DNA of 64,000 bases, taken from the NCBI GenBank assembly GCA_029213145.1, contig JARGNK010000009.1, forward strand, positions 27,440-91,439. The letters run 5' to 3'. A program made the position numbers and the translations under genes. This DNA is from Rubripirellula sp. (GTDB lineage: Bacteria > Planctomycetota > Planctomycetia > Pirellulales > Pirellulaceae). Positions 18,286 through 27,866 of the stretch are shown one piece after another (position 1 is the stretch's first letter; each line of letters starts with the position of its first letter). The notes below the pieces were generated by a model. That model was not told the origin of the DNA. It was given only the letters and a program-made list of their open reading frames with translations, and ran no database searches.

Positions 18286-19581
18286 TCATTCAGTCGAATT
18301 CTCCGTTTTCGATTGGGCCACAATTCGCATCAGGAACATCTGCCGCGTTCCGTTGCCTGCAATCCCAGGAACGAGAATCAAATCATTGTTTCGATTCCAA
18401 CGCGGGGCAGGATCGATTCGAATATCCCCCGCATAAGCCCCTTTGAATATCCCGTCGCTCTTAGCAAACGCTCTATCGCGTCGACGGTAGACCGTATAAA
18501 AATTTTTGTCGCCTTGCTTGTAGCCATTTACGAACCATTGGCCGTCAGGCGATAGTGCGACATCGCCTTCTGGTTTCGGAAAAATTTCAGGCGTACCCCA
18601 TTGGCCGACAATCTTCTTTTGCACGACATCATAGAGTACTTGGTTCACTCCCGACCTTCCGATCAGCTTACTCCCCTCCGCCCACTCAGGATGCCCACCG
18701 ATATGCATTTCGTGCAGGGTTAGCTCAGTCCCATCTGCGCGAATCGAAAAGGGAGTATTGACGCGTTTTCCGCTTTCCCCACGGTTGCCACTCCACCCCG
18801 CCCTGGCAAAGAAATAAACACGATCACTATCGCGATTCCAGAGCGTGTGATTGATAAAAAGTCCGCTATGAATGAGATTCGGATCAAGTTCCTTCAGCTT
18901 GTCGTCAAGCTGGCGGTAGGAAACTAACAATCGCTTCTTACCGGTTTGCACATCGACGATAAAAACACCATCGTTTGTCGGCGCAATCTCATCTTTTGAC
19001 CAATCGAGAGAACCTGGGTACCCCGTTACCAAACGCAACCGGGCCAAACGCCCATAGTTTAACCCAAGCCAACTCGATCCATCTGGAGCGACACCACCAT
19101 TCCCAAGCGGTTGCGTTTCGAACCGATACTCTCGAACACGCTTTCGCTTTTCAATATCGTAGAGCACGGTATAGACCTTGCCGCTATCAACGTCCCGGTC
19201 GTTGAAAAAGAATTGAGTTTCCGCTGCTTTAGGGTGCCAATAGAATATTGTCCCTTGTTGGGGATTCCAAGCGTGCGTGCGATCGATCTCAACAATTTTG
19301 TTGTCGTCGTGCGTATCAACAAGAATGATCGTGGCGGCCTCTTTCGGCTCTGGCAATCGATCAATCGCCTTCACTTCCAACCCAACGATGTATCGCCCGC
19401 TGGCATTCCAAGGAATGGTCTGACACTGACCGATATAGCCAAAAAAATGATGATTCTTGCCAAAGGTCAATTGTTGAACTTTCAACTCGAAAGCCCCGGA
19501 CGAATCCTGACCATAAGAGACCCAAGGCACCAGTGTGAGTACGAACATCACGCCGCAACGAAAAACAAATTGGCTCATCAT
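18286..19581 (-). CDS. Secreted hypothetical protein, probable TolB/oligogalacturonate-lyase-like beta-propeller
   Basis: Signal peptide; HHFFGY, AWNPQQG, HTLWNRD, GGHPEW, PEGDVALSPDGQW and RIDPAPRWN. Likely ATG at 19581. Confidence 0.6.
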   Translation of the reverse strand: MMSQFVFRCGVMFVLTLVPWVSYGQDSSGAFELKVQQLTFGKNHHFFGYIGQCQTIPWNASGRYIVGLEVKAIDRLPEPKEAATIILVDTHDDNKIVEIDRTHAWNPQQGTIFYWHPKAAETQFFFNDRDVDSGKVYTVLYDIEKRKRVREYRFETQPLGNGGVAPDGSSWLGLNYGRLARLRLVTGYPGSLDWSKDEIAPTNDGVFIVDVQTGKKRLLVSYRQLDDKLKELDPNLIHSGLFINHTLWNRDSDRVYFFARAGWSGNRGESGKRVNTPFSIRADGTELTLHEMHIGGHPEWAEGSKLIGRSGVNQVLYDVVQKKIVGQWGTPEIFPKPEGDVALSPDGQWFVNGYKQGDKNFYTVYRRRDRAFAKSDGIFKGAYAGDIRIDPAPRWNRNNDLILVPGIAGNGTRQMFLMRIVAQSKTENSTE

Positions 19582-19689
19582 TGATCCTCGATTTGCAAAC
19601 ATGACTTAACTTTGCTGAAACACTGAATTGAAGGTCGATCTCAGCCCAAAAAAAGTGTGGATTGAACATGGCGTTGCTCGTGCCACACT

Positions 19690-21171
19690 TTATTCGTGCA
19701 ACAGAAATGCTTTCGCATCGGGTTTCAATTCATCCTGCCAACCGTAAAAAAGCAGCATCCCTTCCACTTCCGTTCCATCAGGCCTCAATACCGGCTGAAC
19801 ATTATTGAAACGCCACCCAGCAAATTTTTGTTCTTGCGGCGATACCTGGCGTCGCTTCCTCCAAGTTTCACCATTGTCCCTCGAGACCCATTCTTCGACC
19901 CGCCCCCCGCCATGCCGGTCCATGTAGCCGCCCTCCAAGTAAGTTTCACCAACCACAACATACGCGTGCAATTGCCCATGCTGGTCACAACTCAGGTGGC
20001 CACTGTTCCATTGATGGCTCGATTCACAAATGGGCGTTTTCACCCAAACCCCGTTCTCTGGCCGCACGTAAAAATAACGATGTGTTTTCAGGTCATCACC
20101 TGATAACACATGCAGGAAGCCTGGATCGCCTTGCAAGTCGACACAGATCGCCGGTGGCACTCCGGCGCCCCGCCATTGAGTATCCCAGATCTGGCATTTG
20201 CGTTTCGAATAATCAATATCGATCGGAGTGATTAGCAATTCGCCAATTGCATTTCGAACGGCATGCTTCTGCAAATCAATGGTCAGATAGGAAAGATTGT
20301 ATTTCCATTCGTTTGACACCTCTTGATTGTAGAGTGGGTTAAAAAACCGCTTGGGATCAGGATCGTTTTTGCTGTCGTCGTAATCCATGTAGACAACATG
20401 CAAAACCTTGCCATCCTTGGACGGCAACTTGGTTTGATACGATGACCAGTCCAAGCGACCCCTGCGATCCAAATCGACGACATCCATTTCTGGTCCGACC
20501 CAGGTCAGACCATGATCCTCGCTGATCCGATAGGTCCAGGAACTTGTATGGCCCTCCGTGCGATAGTAGATCAACTCGCGACCCCCACTGATTCGAAACA
20601 CAGTGGGATAAGACATGCTGGGTGCAATTTCGGGCCCCTTTCGCCAGGAAACATCCAAGGTGTCGGATCGAACGGGTTGTTCAGAAATCAGATGGGTTCC
20701 CGGAGTCCTATGACATCCATAAAGAACGTGTAGATAATTCCTACTGTCCGCCCAAATGATCGGGCTGAAATGATGATCACTCGCCGCCGCCCCAAGTCTC
20801 TGCGGTTTTGAAAAAACGCGACCTAGCGGATCGTACCGTATCATCATCGGACGCGCTCGACCCTTCTGGTTGTTTGTCGGCGTAGCGTCTCCGTTGTAGA
20901 CGATGTAGACCTGCCCATTGATGAAAACCGACTGCGGCCTCTGCCGCGCGTCGTACAGCATCTTGAATTTCCCTGCCTCACCAAACGGTACAACCTGGGT
21001 GTTCAATGGTTTTTCGTCGGCACGCAAATCTGCCATCGAGCAAACAAATGAGACCGATGCACCAATTAGCATTAGCAAAGGTAGACCGTGAAATCCTGCC
21101 ACCAAGAGTGCTGATAAAGCTGCAACTACTTGAACCAGCCGTTGAGACATACGCTTACCTGACACCTTCAT
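19690..21171 (-). CDS. BNR-4-repeat-like (sialidase-fold) secreted protein
   Basis: DHHFSPIIWADS.NYLHVLYGCH, MSYP, YRISEDHGLTW and VSRDNGETW (Asp-box-like). Start is probably ATG 21171 or 21150; the ORF-track start overlaps the upstream gene. Confidence 0.7.
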   Translation of the reverse strand: MKVSGKRMSQRLVQVVAALSALLVAGFHGLPLLMLIGASVSFVCSMADLRADEKPLNTQVVPFGEAGKFKMLYDARQRPQSVFINGQVYIVYNGDATPTNNQKGRARPMMIRYDPLGRVFSKPQRLGAAASDHHFSPIIWADSRNYLHVLYGCHRTPGTHLISEQPVRSDTLDVSWRKGPEIAPSMSYPTVFRISGGRELIYYRTEGHTSSWTYRISEDHGLTWVGPEMDVVDLDRRGRLDWSSYQTKLPSKDGKVLHVVYMDYDDSKNDPDPKRFFNPLYNQEVSNEWKYNLSYLTIDLQKHAVRNAIGELLITPIDIDYSKRKCQIWDTQWRGAGVPPAICVDLQGDPGFLHVLSGDDLKTHRYFYVRPENGVWVKTPICESSHQWNSGHLSCDQHGQLHAYVVVGETYLEGGYMDRHGGGRVEEWVSRDNGETWRKRRQVSPQEQKFAGWRFNNVQPVLRPDGTEVEGMLLFYGWQDELKPDAKAFLLHE

Positions 21172-21256
21172 TCTCGATCGATGCAAAGAGATTAACTGGT
21201 TTGGAAAGAAGAAACGGAGCCTGGAATTCTCCCGCCGGAAACTCTGGGAGTGAGAG

Positions 21257-24200
21257 CTAATTCGCTGCTGCTGGAGCTGGGACAGCTGCTGGAATTGAAG
21301 CTGGGACAGTTCCCAACCAATCGGGCACACCCTCTTTTTGCAAAGCTTGCACTTTGCGGCCGTGCGAGTCCGGTCCGCCGTCTTTCATCGCCGACGGGAG
21401 CTGATTTTTCTTTGGTAGATACTTCGCAAGCCGTTGTTTGATTTTCGAGTACTTGGGATTTGCAGCAACGTTGTTGTGTTCGCTTGGATCTTGATGATGA
21501 TTGTAAAGTTCTTCACTGCCATCCCGGTAACGAATGTACCGCCAACGCGGACCACGGACGGCATGATTTTTATAGTGCCACGTCGTAATCGCTGGAGCAC
21601 GACGCGGCGCGTCGACATTCTGCAATTGCGGCAATAACGAAATCCCTTCCAAACCTGACATCGATGGCAACTCACAAAGATCCAAAAGTGTTGGATAGAG
21701 ATCAATTAGACTGACCGCCCGATCACAAACCTCACCAGCTTTCTCATCAGCAGGCAGACGAATCGCGAGCGGCACATGAGTGGATTCTTCCCATAGAGCC
21801 TGCTTGCGCCAGTGCCGTTTCTCACCGAGGTGCTGACCGTGATCAGACCAAAACACGACGATCGTGTTGTCTGCATAGGGACTTGCATCGAGTGCGTCTA
21901 AAACTTTTCCCGCCTGAGCATCAACAAACGAAACACACGCGAGATAGGCACGAGTCATTTCGCGCCAGTAGTCGGGTCCGATGCTTAGCACATTCTCGTG
22001 GTCTCCTCCGTTGATCGTTCCGATTGCCATCGCTTTTCCGTGCAACGGGATGTCATCCATCTCATCGACGGGAACGCTTGGCACGATGATCTCATCGAGG
22101 GGATACAAATCGAAAAACTCTTTCGGAGCGGTGTAGGGGACGTGCGGCCGTACAAAACCAACCGCCAAAAAGAAAGGTTGCTGGTGATCTTGATTTAAAC
22201 GCTGAACCGCCCAATCAGCAATCTGCTCATCAGGCATTCCCTCGGGTGGCATATCTGCTTTTGCCAAAGCCCCCCAGCAAAGCGACTGCCCATCCACACC
22301 ACGCTGGTATTTCTGGTAGATCGCACCTCCGTCAGGTGGAAAGGGATGAAAATGGCCACCTTTGTCACCCTGATAACCGTGGCCCCGCGCCGCGAGCTCT
22401 TTCGGCCATTGGTATCTCGGCCGAACCTCCGTCCAATAATCGTAGCCAGCTACATCACTGGTGCCCTTATGAAAAACCTTGCCTGCAGCAAGTGTCTTGT
22501 ATCCATTTCGCTTGAAATGGGTCGGCAATGGAATCACACCATCGAGCGTCCGTTCATAATCCGCCAACTTCTTGGACGAATTGGAATACCAACCCGTGGT
22601 GGACGGTCGCAAACCACTCATCAAGGCGTGCCGCGATGCAGAGCAGACGGGGGCCGCGCAGTGCGCATTACTGAACAGAATGCTGCGACCAATCAACCGA
22701 TCGAGGTTGGGAGTTTTTACCTGGGGATGCCCCCCCATTGCACCAAGCCAGTCATTCAGATCATCGATCGCCAAGAAGAGGACGTTTGGTTGACTCCTCA
22801 CTGAAGCTCCCAATTGGACAGCCGAAACATCTGACACGGGTTGTTCCACCTGCGAACTCGATCGAGCAGGGCTGTTCGATCGGGCGGGGCTGTTCGATAT
22901 CGTTGAATCTTCAGGAGCAGCTGAGTCATCCGATTCAGCGGGGCTCTTAGATTTCAACTTCAATAATGGAATAGGCTTGGCGTTCTCGTAGACCTCACTC
23001 TTCGCTCCAGTTCGACGGGTCTCTGCATCCACCTCGTCCAAAAAATCGATCATCAAGGCGTGCAGTCTGTCAACGTGATCGGTTTTGGTGCTGGCGAGAT
23101 CCTCGCTTTCACTTGGATCGATCGACAGATCAAACAATTCCAGCTGTTTTTTGCTCCATGTTTTCACCAGCTTTAAATTTCCCATCATCAAGGCGGTCTC
23201 GGCACTCCGTGCTACCGCCTGATGGAACAACAGGAAGGGTCTGTTCCGCTCAATTTCCCCACTGCCGCGGTTGAACATTACCGGCGTCATACTCCCGCCG
23301 TCCAGCGCGGCGGGTAACGCAGGACGAAAGCCCGCAAGTTCTGCGATCGTCGGAAAAATATCCAATCCTGTGACCGGAACATCGCTGACGCTCCCCGGCT
23401 GAACCCCGGGACCACGGATCAGGAATGGTACACGGATCCCACCCTCGTAAACCGAGCCTTTACCATCTCTCAAGGGATGATTCCGAGGTAATTTAACCTC
23501 CCCCTGACCGGGCAACGTATTCCGCCCACCATTGTCGGACAGAAAAAACACGTAGGTGGAATTCTCGATTCCTAATGATTTGATCTTATCCAACGTGATT
23601 CCGATTCCTTCATCCACATCGCTGGTCATCGCAGCAAACTCGGGCATCGAATGCTTGTTACCCGGTTTCTCCTCCCGCGCGGCAGCAAGCGACTGTTCGC
23701 GAAAAAAGATGTCCAAATGCACCGCGTAGTGTGAGATTTGGAGGAAGAAAGGTTTACCAGCCTTCACCTGTCGCGTCATAAAATCACAGGCACGCTCGGT
23801 CATGCTAAAGATCTGTTTTGGATCTTGTTTGGCTGCTGGTCCGCCGGCCCCTTTTCCACCACCAGTCCCATTGTCGGTGTAACCGTCGCTAACGTCGTAC
23901 CCCATCTCAGCGGGCGTCACGTCATCAAAACGCATGTCCCATTTTCCAAAATGGGCTGTCTGATAGTTCGAATTCGCTTCCTTCAACATTTGTGGCAAAC
24001 TGAGTTGCTGCCGATAATTGGTTGTCCAACTCCGCTGATCCGATTGATAGATATGCCGAGCAGGTGTTTGCCCAATAAGAAGACTGCGTCGTGTTGGACA
24101 ACAATAGGGGGCCGGTGAATAGCCTCGAGTGAAACTCATTCCACTTTTGGCCAATCGCTCGATGTTTGGCGTCTGGTAATAATCACTCTTCGTTCGTTCG

Positions 24201-24382
24201 TCGTCAGGATCGATTTGCAGAGACGTTCCCACCCAGCTTTGATCGTCTGTCAATAAAACGATGAAGTTTGGAAAATCAACGGATCCGGCATATGAACTCG
24301 CTGAGCGGAAACAACCAAGCAACGAGATGCCTAGCAAAAAAGAAAGGGTGAACCTCGAAACGGATCGAAGCAGAGGATTCAT
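21257..24382 (-). CDS. Tandem double sulfatase (arylsulfatase-like + iduronate/choline-sulfatase-like)
   Basis: Domain 1: NFIVLLTDD, CCPTR (24089-24103), GKWDM, KGSVYEGGIRVP. Ser/Pro-rich linker. Domain 2: NVLFLAIDDL, CSASR (22631-22645), GKVFH, RPHVP, SDHG, KQALWEESTHVP. Confidence 0.9.
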   Translation of the reverse strand: MNPLLRSVSRFTLSFLLGISLLGCFRSASSYAGSVDFPNFIVLLTDDQSWVGTSLQIDPDDERTKSDYYQTPNIERLAKSGMSFTRGYSPAPYCCPTRRSLLIGQTPARHIYQSDQRSWTTNYRQQLSLPQMLKEANSNYQTAHFGKWDMRFDDVTPAEMGYDVSDGYTDNGTGGGKGAGGPAAKQDPKQIFSMTERACDFMTRQVKAGKPFFLQISHYAVHLDIFFREQSLAAAREEKPGNKHSMPEFAAMTSDVDEGIGITLDKIKSLGIENSTYVFFLSDNGGRNTLPGQGEVKLPRNHPLRDGKGSVYEGGIRVPFLIRGPGVQPGSVSDVPVTGLDIFPTIAELAGFRPALPAALDGGSMTPVMFNRGSGEIERNRPFLLFHQAVARSAETALMMGNLKLVKTWSKKQLELFDLSIDPSESEDLASTKTDHVDRLHALMIDFLDEVDAETRRTGAKSEVYENAKPIPLLKLKSKSPAESDDSAAPEDSTISNSPARSNSPARSSSQVEQPVSDVSAVQLGASVRSQPNVLFLAIDDLNDWLGAMGGHPQVKTPNLDRLIGRSILFSNAHCAAPVCSASRHALMSGLRPSTTGWYSNSSKKLADYERTLDGVIPLPTHFKRNGYKTLAAGKVFHKGTSDVAGYDYWTEVRPRYQWPKELAARGHGYQGDKGGHFHPFPPDGGAIYQKYQRGVDGQSLCWGALAKADMPPEGMPDEQIADWAVQRLNQDHQQPFFLAVGFVRPHVPYTAPKEFFDLYPLDEIIVPSVPVDEMDDIPLHGKAMAIGTINGGDHENVLSIGPDYWREMTRAYLACVSFVDAQAGKVLDALDASPYADNTIVVFWSDHGQHLGEKRHWRKQALWEESTHVPLAIRLPADEKAGEVCDRAVSLIDLYPTLLDLCELPSMSGLEGISLLPQLQNVDAPRRAPAITTWHYKNHAVRGPRWRYIRYRDGSEELYNHHQDPSEHNNVAANPKYSKIKQRLAKYLPKKNQLPSAMKDGGPDSHGRKVQALQKEGVPDWLGTVPASIPAAVPAPAAAN

Positions 24383-24902
24383 TCTCACGACATTCATGTG
24401 ATACAACTTTTGAACCCTGATACTGCTTGAGGCTTGATTGGCTTGGAAATTTCGCGTGCTTCATCGAATCTTAAGTTGCATCCTCTAGCCTCGGACCCTT
24501 CCTTCATTCAAAACGCTAGTCGCATACGACCGTGGCGTTCGCTAGTCAGTAATAGAGATGAGACAGCAAAATCCAACCGGCCCTATCGTATGTGATTCAA
24601 CCCTCGAATTGGCTCTTGATTCTCTGAATTCGCCCCTCAGAAGCATTTCGCCACCGAAATTGCGTTCCATCTCCAGGATGGCTCAACCTCTGAGGTATCT
24701 GAGCAACTGGGGGCTAGGCGAATGGCCCGTGCTCCAACGGGAACTTCTGGTGGAACGCTCGGTGCGGAATCATTTGCTATCTGTTGCCCCACACTGCGTT
24801 CACCGGGTCAGCGCGGAAGTTGCGTTTACAATAAACCTCACCGACCAAATGATTCGACGCGATTCAATTAGCCGTCAAGCTACGTGTGGGACGCCCGAGC
24901 CG

Positions 24903-25006
24903 TGAGTTGCAACGGCAATGACTCGTCATGAGTTGCAACGGTAATGACTCGTCATGAGTTGCAACGGTAATGCCTCGCCGTGAGTTGCAACGGCGATGCC
25001 TCGCCG
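24903..25006. repeat. 26-bp tandem repeat x4
   Basis: Units TGAGTTGCAACGG(C/T)(A/G)ATG(A/C)CTCG(TCA/CCG) start at 24903, 24929, 24955 and 24981, with no spacers. Confidence 0.92.
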
Positions 25007-25111
25007 TGCGTCGGTGATTCACACCAAGAAAAAAGAACAGTGTGCACTATCTCTCGCCATCAAAATTGGCCACGTAGAAAGTAGCGGAACCACTGCGTCC
25101 CACCTGCGAAC

Positions 25112-25195
25112 CTGCCCTGCACGGACTGCCCTGCACGGACTGCCCTGCACGGACTGCCCTGCACGGACTGGCTTGCACGGACTGGCCTGCACCGA
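25112..25195. repeat. 14-bp tandem repeat x6
   Basis: CTGCCCTGCACGGA x4 perfect, then CTGGCTTGCACGGA and CTGGCCTGCACCGA. Confidence 0.92.
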
Positions 25196-25295
25196 TTTCA
25201 GACGTGATTGACGAAATCAAACGCAACCTTTGATTTTTAACTTCCGCGATGCAGCCGTTTGAATGGCTGCCAAGATGTTATCAGCTGGTACAAAC

Positions 25296-25700
25296 CTAAG
25301 ACGTTTCACCAGTAGCTCGCGGATGCATCCCAAAGTTCAAAACTTGCCAGGCCCGCTGGTCCATTTGTTCTTGTTCGTTTGCGTTCAGACTCTTCAGGGC
25401 CGGCCCAAAAGGAGTCGTGCTGGGTGACTGCTTTTGGATCACCAGCGGCGAGTCATCGCTCCAAGCATCAACTTCCTGATTCCATTTACCAAGACTCGCA
25501 CCATCATCTGGCATGACCAGCTGATAGACGACAGCATTCGGATCAGGCTTGACGATTCGCGACTCACGTCCATGGGGATACCAAGTCTCCTCCCACCAAG
25601 CTAGCAAAGACGGAGTGTAAGATCCGACGTATCCCAAAACGACCAGAATCGCCAATCCTGAAACGCGTCTTCTGATTTTTCCTTGATTCTTGTCTCCCAT
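25296..25700 (-). CDS. Hypothetical membrane-anchored protein (134 aa)
   Basis: Basic N-terminus followed by one hydrophobic helix (VSGLAILVVLGYVG). No recognisable family. Confidence 0.5.
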   Translation of the reverse strand: MGDKNQGKIRRRVSGLAILVVLGYVGSYTPSLLAWWEETWYPHGRESRIVKPDPNAVVYQLVMPDDGASLGKWNQEVDAWSDDSPLVIQKQSPSTTPFGPALKSLNANEQEQMDQRAWQVLNFGMHPRATGETS

Positions 25701-26200
25701 TACTCGACCTTACTCCGTCAGTATTTGCTTTAGTCACCGCTGTACAGTCATTGATTCGATCACAACGCGAGATTCTTGGAACCGAAAAACGAAATATGAT
25801 ATTTCTTACACTCCTAGTCCCTTCACGAAGAATGGTCGGCTACAACTTTACGTAGCCTTGCGCGAGAAAAGTCATTCCCATTGCGTCTTCAACTCCGACT
25901 GAAAACGTCTGTGTTCGGATCCAACTTCAATCGAGAAGTCCCGATACGGTTATGTAACCAGCTCGATCTTTTTGATCAGTGAACCGTCCAACTCTCGCAC
26001 AATGACGAGACACTAAAAAGTCTTGCCGAGAGTCGCACGTGCATTTGTTTAGTCTGAAATGCTGCGATCCGCCCCAAACCAGATGGCAGATCACAGAACG
26101 TCGCCGGTGCGACAGCCGGAATCGCAACCAAACGGCGGAGCAAATTGCCACCGTGGATCAACGAATACCGAATCCCAGGCGAAATGCGGCAAGAGGCTCG

Positions 26201-26274
26201 GCGACCCAGGCAAGTGCTTGGCGACCCAGGCAAGTGCTTGGTGACAGAGGCAATATGCTTGGTGACAGACAATG
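26201..26274. repeat. Degenerating ~20-bp tandem repeat (3-4 units)
   Basis: GCGACCCAGGCAAGTGCTTG x2, then GTGACAGAGGCAATATGCTTG, then GTGACAGACAATG. Confidence 0.85.
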
Positions 26275-26375
26275 CCTCACCGATCCGCCAGCCAATTCTT
26301 CATGGAGAGGCTTGCCCTGCAACTCTCAGGAATCGCCGCGTTGCCGCCGGCAAGGCTCACCGCGTAACACGATCA

Positions 26376-27776
26376 CTACGCTATCAACTCGGGAAGCGGA
26401 CCTTGCTGAGGCATCCCATTTTTTTGCAATTCCAAGTCCAGATTACCGTAATGCTCGATTGGATTGCCAAACGCATTCAACCACGTCGTCCACCAGTTGC
26501 CAATCGTCCGGTGCCCGGCGTCACCATACTTCGGGTACCGAACATAACGGCCAGCAATCTTCAATCTTGCACCCGCTCCGCCGATCACCAAGTATGGCCA
26601 CTCCGCTAGGTTGCCATGATGCTCGTTACCCGAATCACTGAGATAAATGATCGCGGTGTTGTCCAGTAAAGTACCGTCCGCCTCGGGGACCGCTTTCAAT
26701 TGGCCAGCCAAATCCGCCAACAACTTCATATGATGCAAGCGAATGATGTCACGAGCTTCTTCGGGGGACTTACCATTGCAAACTTCTTTGTGCCCGATTC
26801 CATGAACACTCTTTTCGGACAGTCCAAGATCATCGTAGGTTGTGCTGATGTTATCGAGCCGCAAGGTAATGACATTGGTAATTCCCGAAATCAGAGCAGC
26901 AGCAGCTAAATCGATATGTGCCTGCTGACGGGTCGCCGGTTTTTGGGATGTAAACCGATCCGAGAACTCAGGAGCAGCTTGGCGAATTCGCTCCGACATC
27001 GACGCAAGTCGTTCGCGACGTACCTGCAGTTCTTCAAACGCATTTAAATAATGCCCCATCTTTTCGCGTTCAGCAGCGGGCAACGTCTGATTCAGTTGAC
27101 GAATATCTCCGGCCATGAAATCGAGCAGGTTCGATTTCAGCCGATACTGAGCCTGGGCTCGACCGTCGCTGGCAATCGCACTGCCAAACAACTGCTGATA
27201 GGCAACATCCGGACTCGCCTGAAATGGTAGTTCCCGTCCTGGCCCGACCGCGGTGATTCCGGGGTACAACGTACCTTCGGTCTCCTTGCTCATCACCTTT
27301 CCACGCAATGCCAGGCCAACGTGGTTGAAAGGCGATGGAAAGAGCCTCGCCATTTCAGCATCAACGGTCGCTCGCCGAATGACTCCTGAGTTATGTTCTC
27401 CGCCCGTTTTGTAAACACCCATCGCTCCGAACCAACTGGAATGTCCCGGCCGGCACATCTTGCCGGACAAGCCCTGAACAATGGCAAGCTGATCTTTGAA
27501 CGGTTCCAACGGTTTCATCGCTTCGGGCAGCACGTGATCAACCAACGGTTCGTTGATTAGCTCTGATGCCTCCTCAGAGCTTTCCCGTATGGTTGCTGGT
27601 GTCATTTTCTCGGAAATGACACCGCTCGATTTCACCACAAATACAAACCGCTGCGGCAACTTCCCGGGCCCAACCCCTGCTGCCTCGAGCTTGAATCGCT
27701 GCAACATCGGCTGCAATAAAAGACTGGACGTTCCTATCGCAGAAGTTCGGAGAAATCGCCTTCGGGAGGAGCTCAT
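26376..27776 (-). CDS. DUF1552 domain protein with Tat signal (copy 3)
   Basis: SRRRFLR leader; GLSGKMCRPGHSSW, VHGIGH, DSGNEHH and IGNWWTTWLNAFG. Likely ATG at 27776. Confidence 0.82.
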   Translation of the reverse strand: MSSSRRRFLRTSAIGTSSLLLQPMLQRFKLEAAGVGPGKLPQRFVFVVKSSGVISEKMTPATIRESSEEASELINEPLVDHVLPEAMKPLEPFKDQLAIVQGLSGKMCRPGHSSWFGAMGVYKTGGEHNSGVIRRATVDAEMARLFPSPFNHVGLALRGKVMSKETEGTLYPGITAVGPGRELPFQASPDVAYQQLFGSAIASDGRAQAQYRLKSNLLDFMAGDIRQLNQTLPAAEREKMGHYLNAFEELQVRRERLASMSERIRQAAPEFSDRFTSQKPATRQQAHIDLAAAALISGITNVITLRLDNISTTYDDLGLSEKSVHGIGHKEVCNGKSPEEARDIIRLHHMKLLADLAGQLKAVPEADGTLLDNTAIIYLSDSGNEHHGNLAEWPYLVIGGAGARLKIAGRYVRYPKYGDAGHRTIGNWWTTWLNAFGNPIEHYGNLDLELQKNGMPQQGPLPELIA

Positions 27777-27866
27777 GTTTTCTTCTTTTAAGTTCGCTGC
27801 GGTCAACAATGCAGATTCGTTGATTCTTGCACGCAACTAATCGATCACGATCAATTAGCTTGCCAA

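Noticed and set aside
19690-21330. Apparent 74-bp overlap between the BNR-like ORF and the double sulfatase
   Set aside because: This is an artefact of the longest-ORF start. A signal-peptide-bearing start at 21171/21150 removes the overlap.
24903-25006. CRISPR array (26-bp palindromic repeats)
   Set aside because: The units are directly abutting with no unique spacers, and no cas genes are in the window.
24996-25211. Cys-rich 71-aa ORF (CTDC motifs) resembling a metal-binding peptide or RiPP precursor
   Set aside because: The motifs arise from reading a 14-bp non-triplet repeat through rotating frames. There is no RBS and no modifying enzyme nearby.
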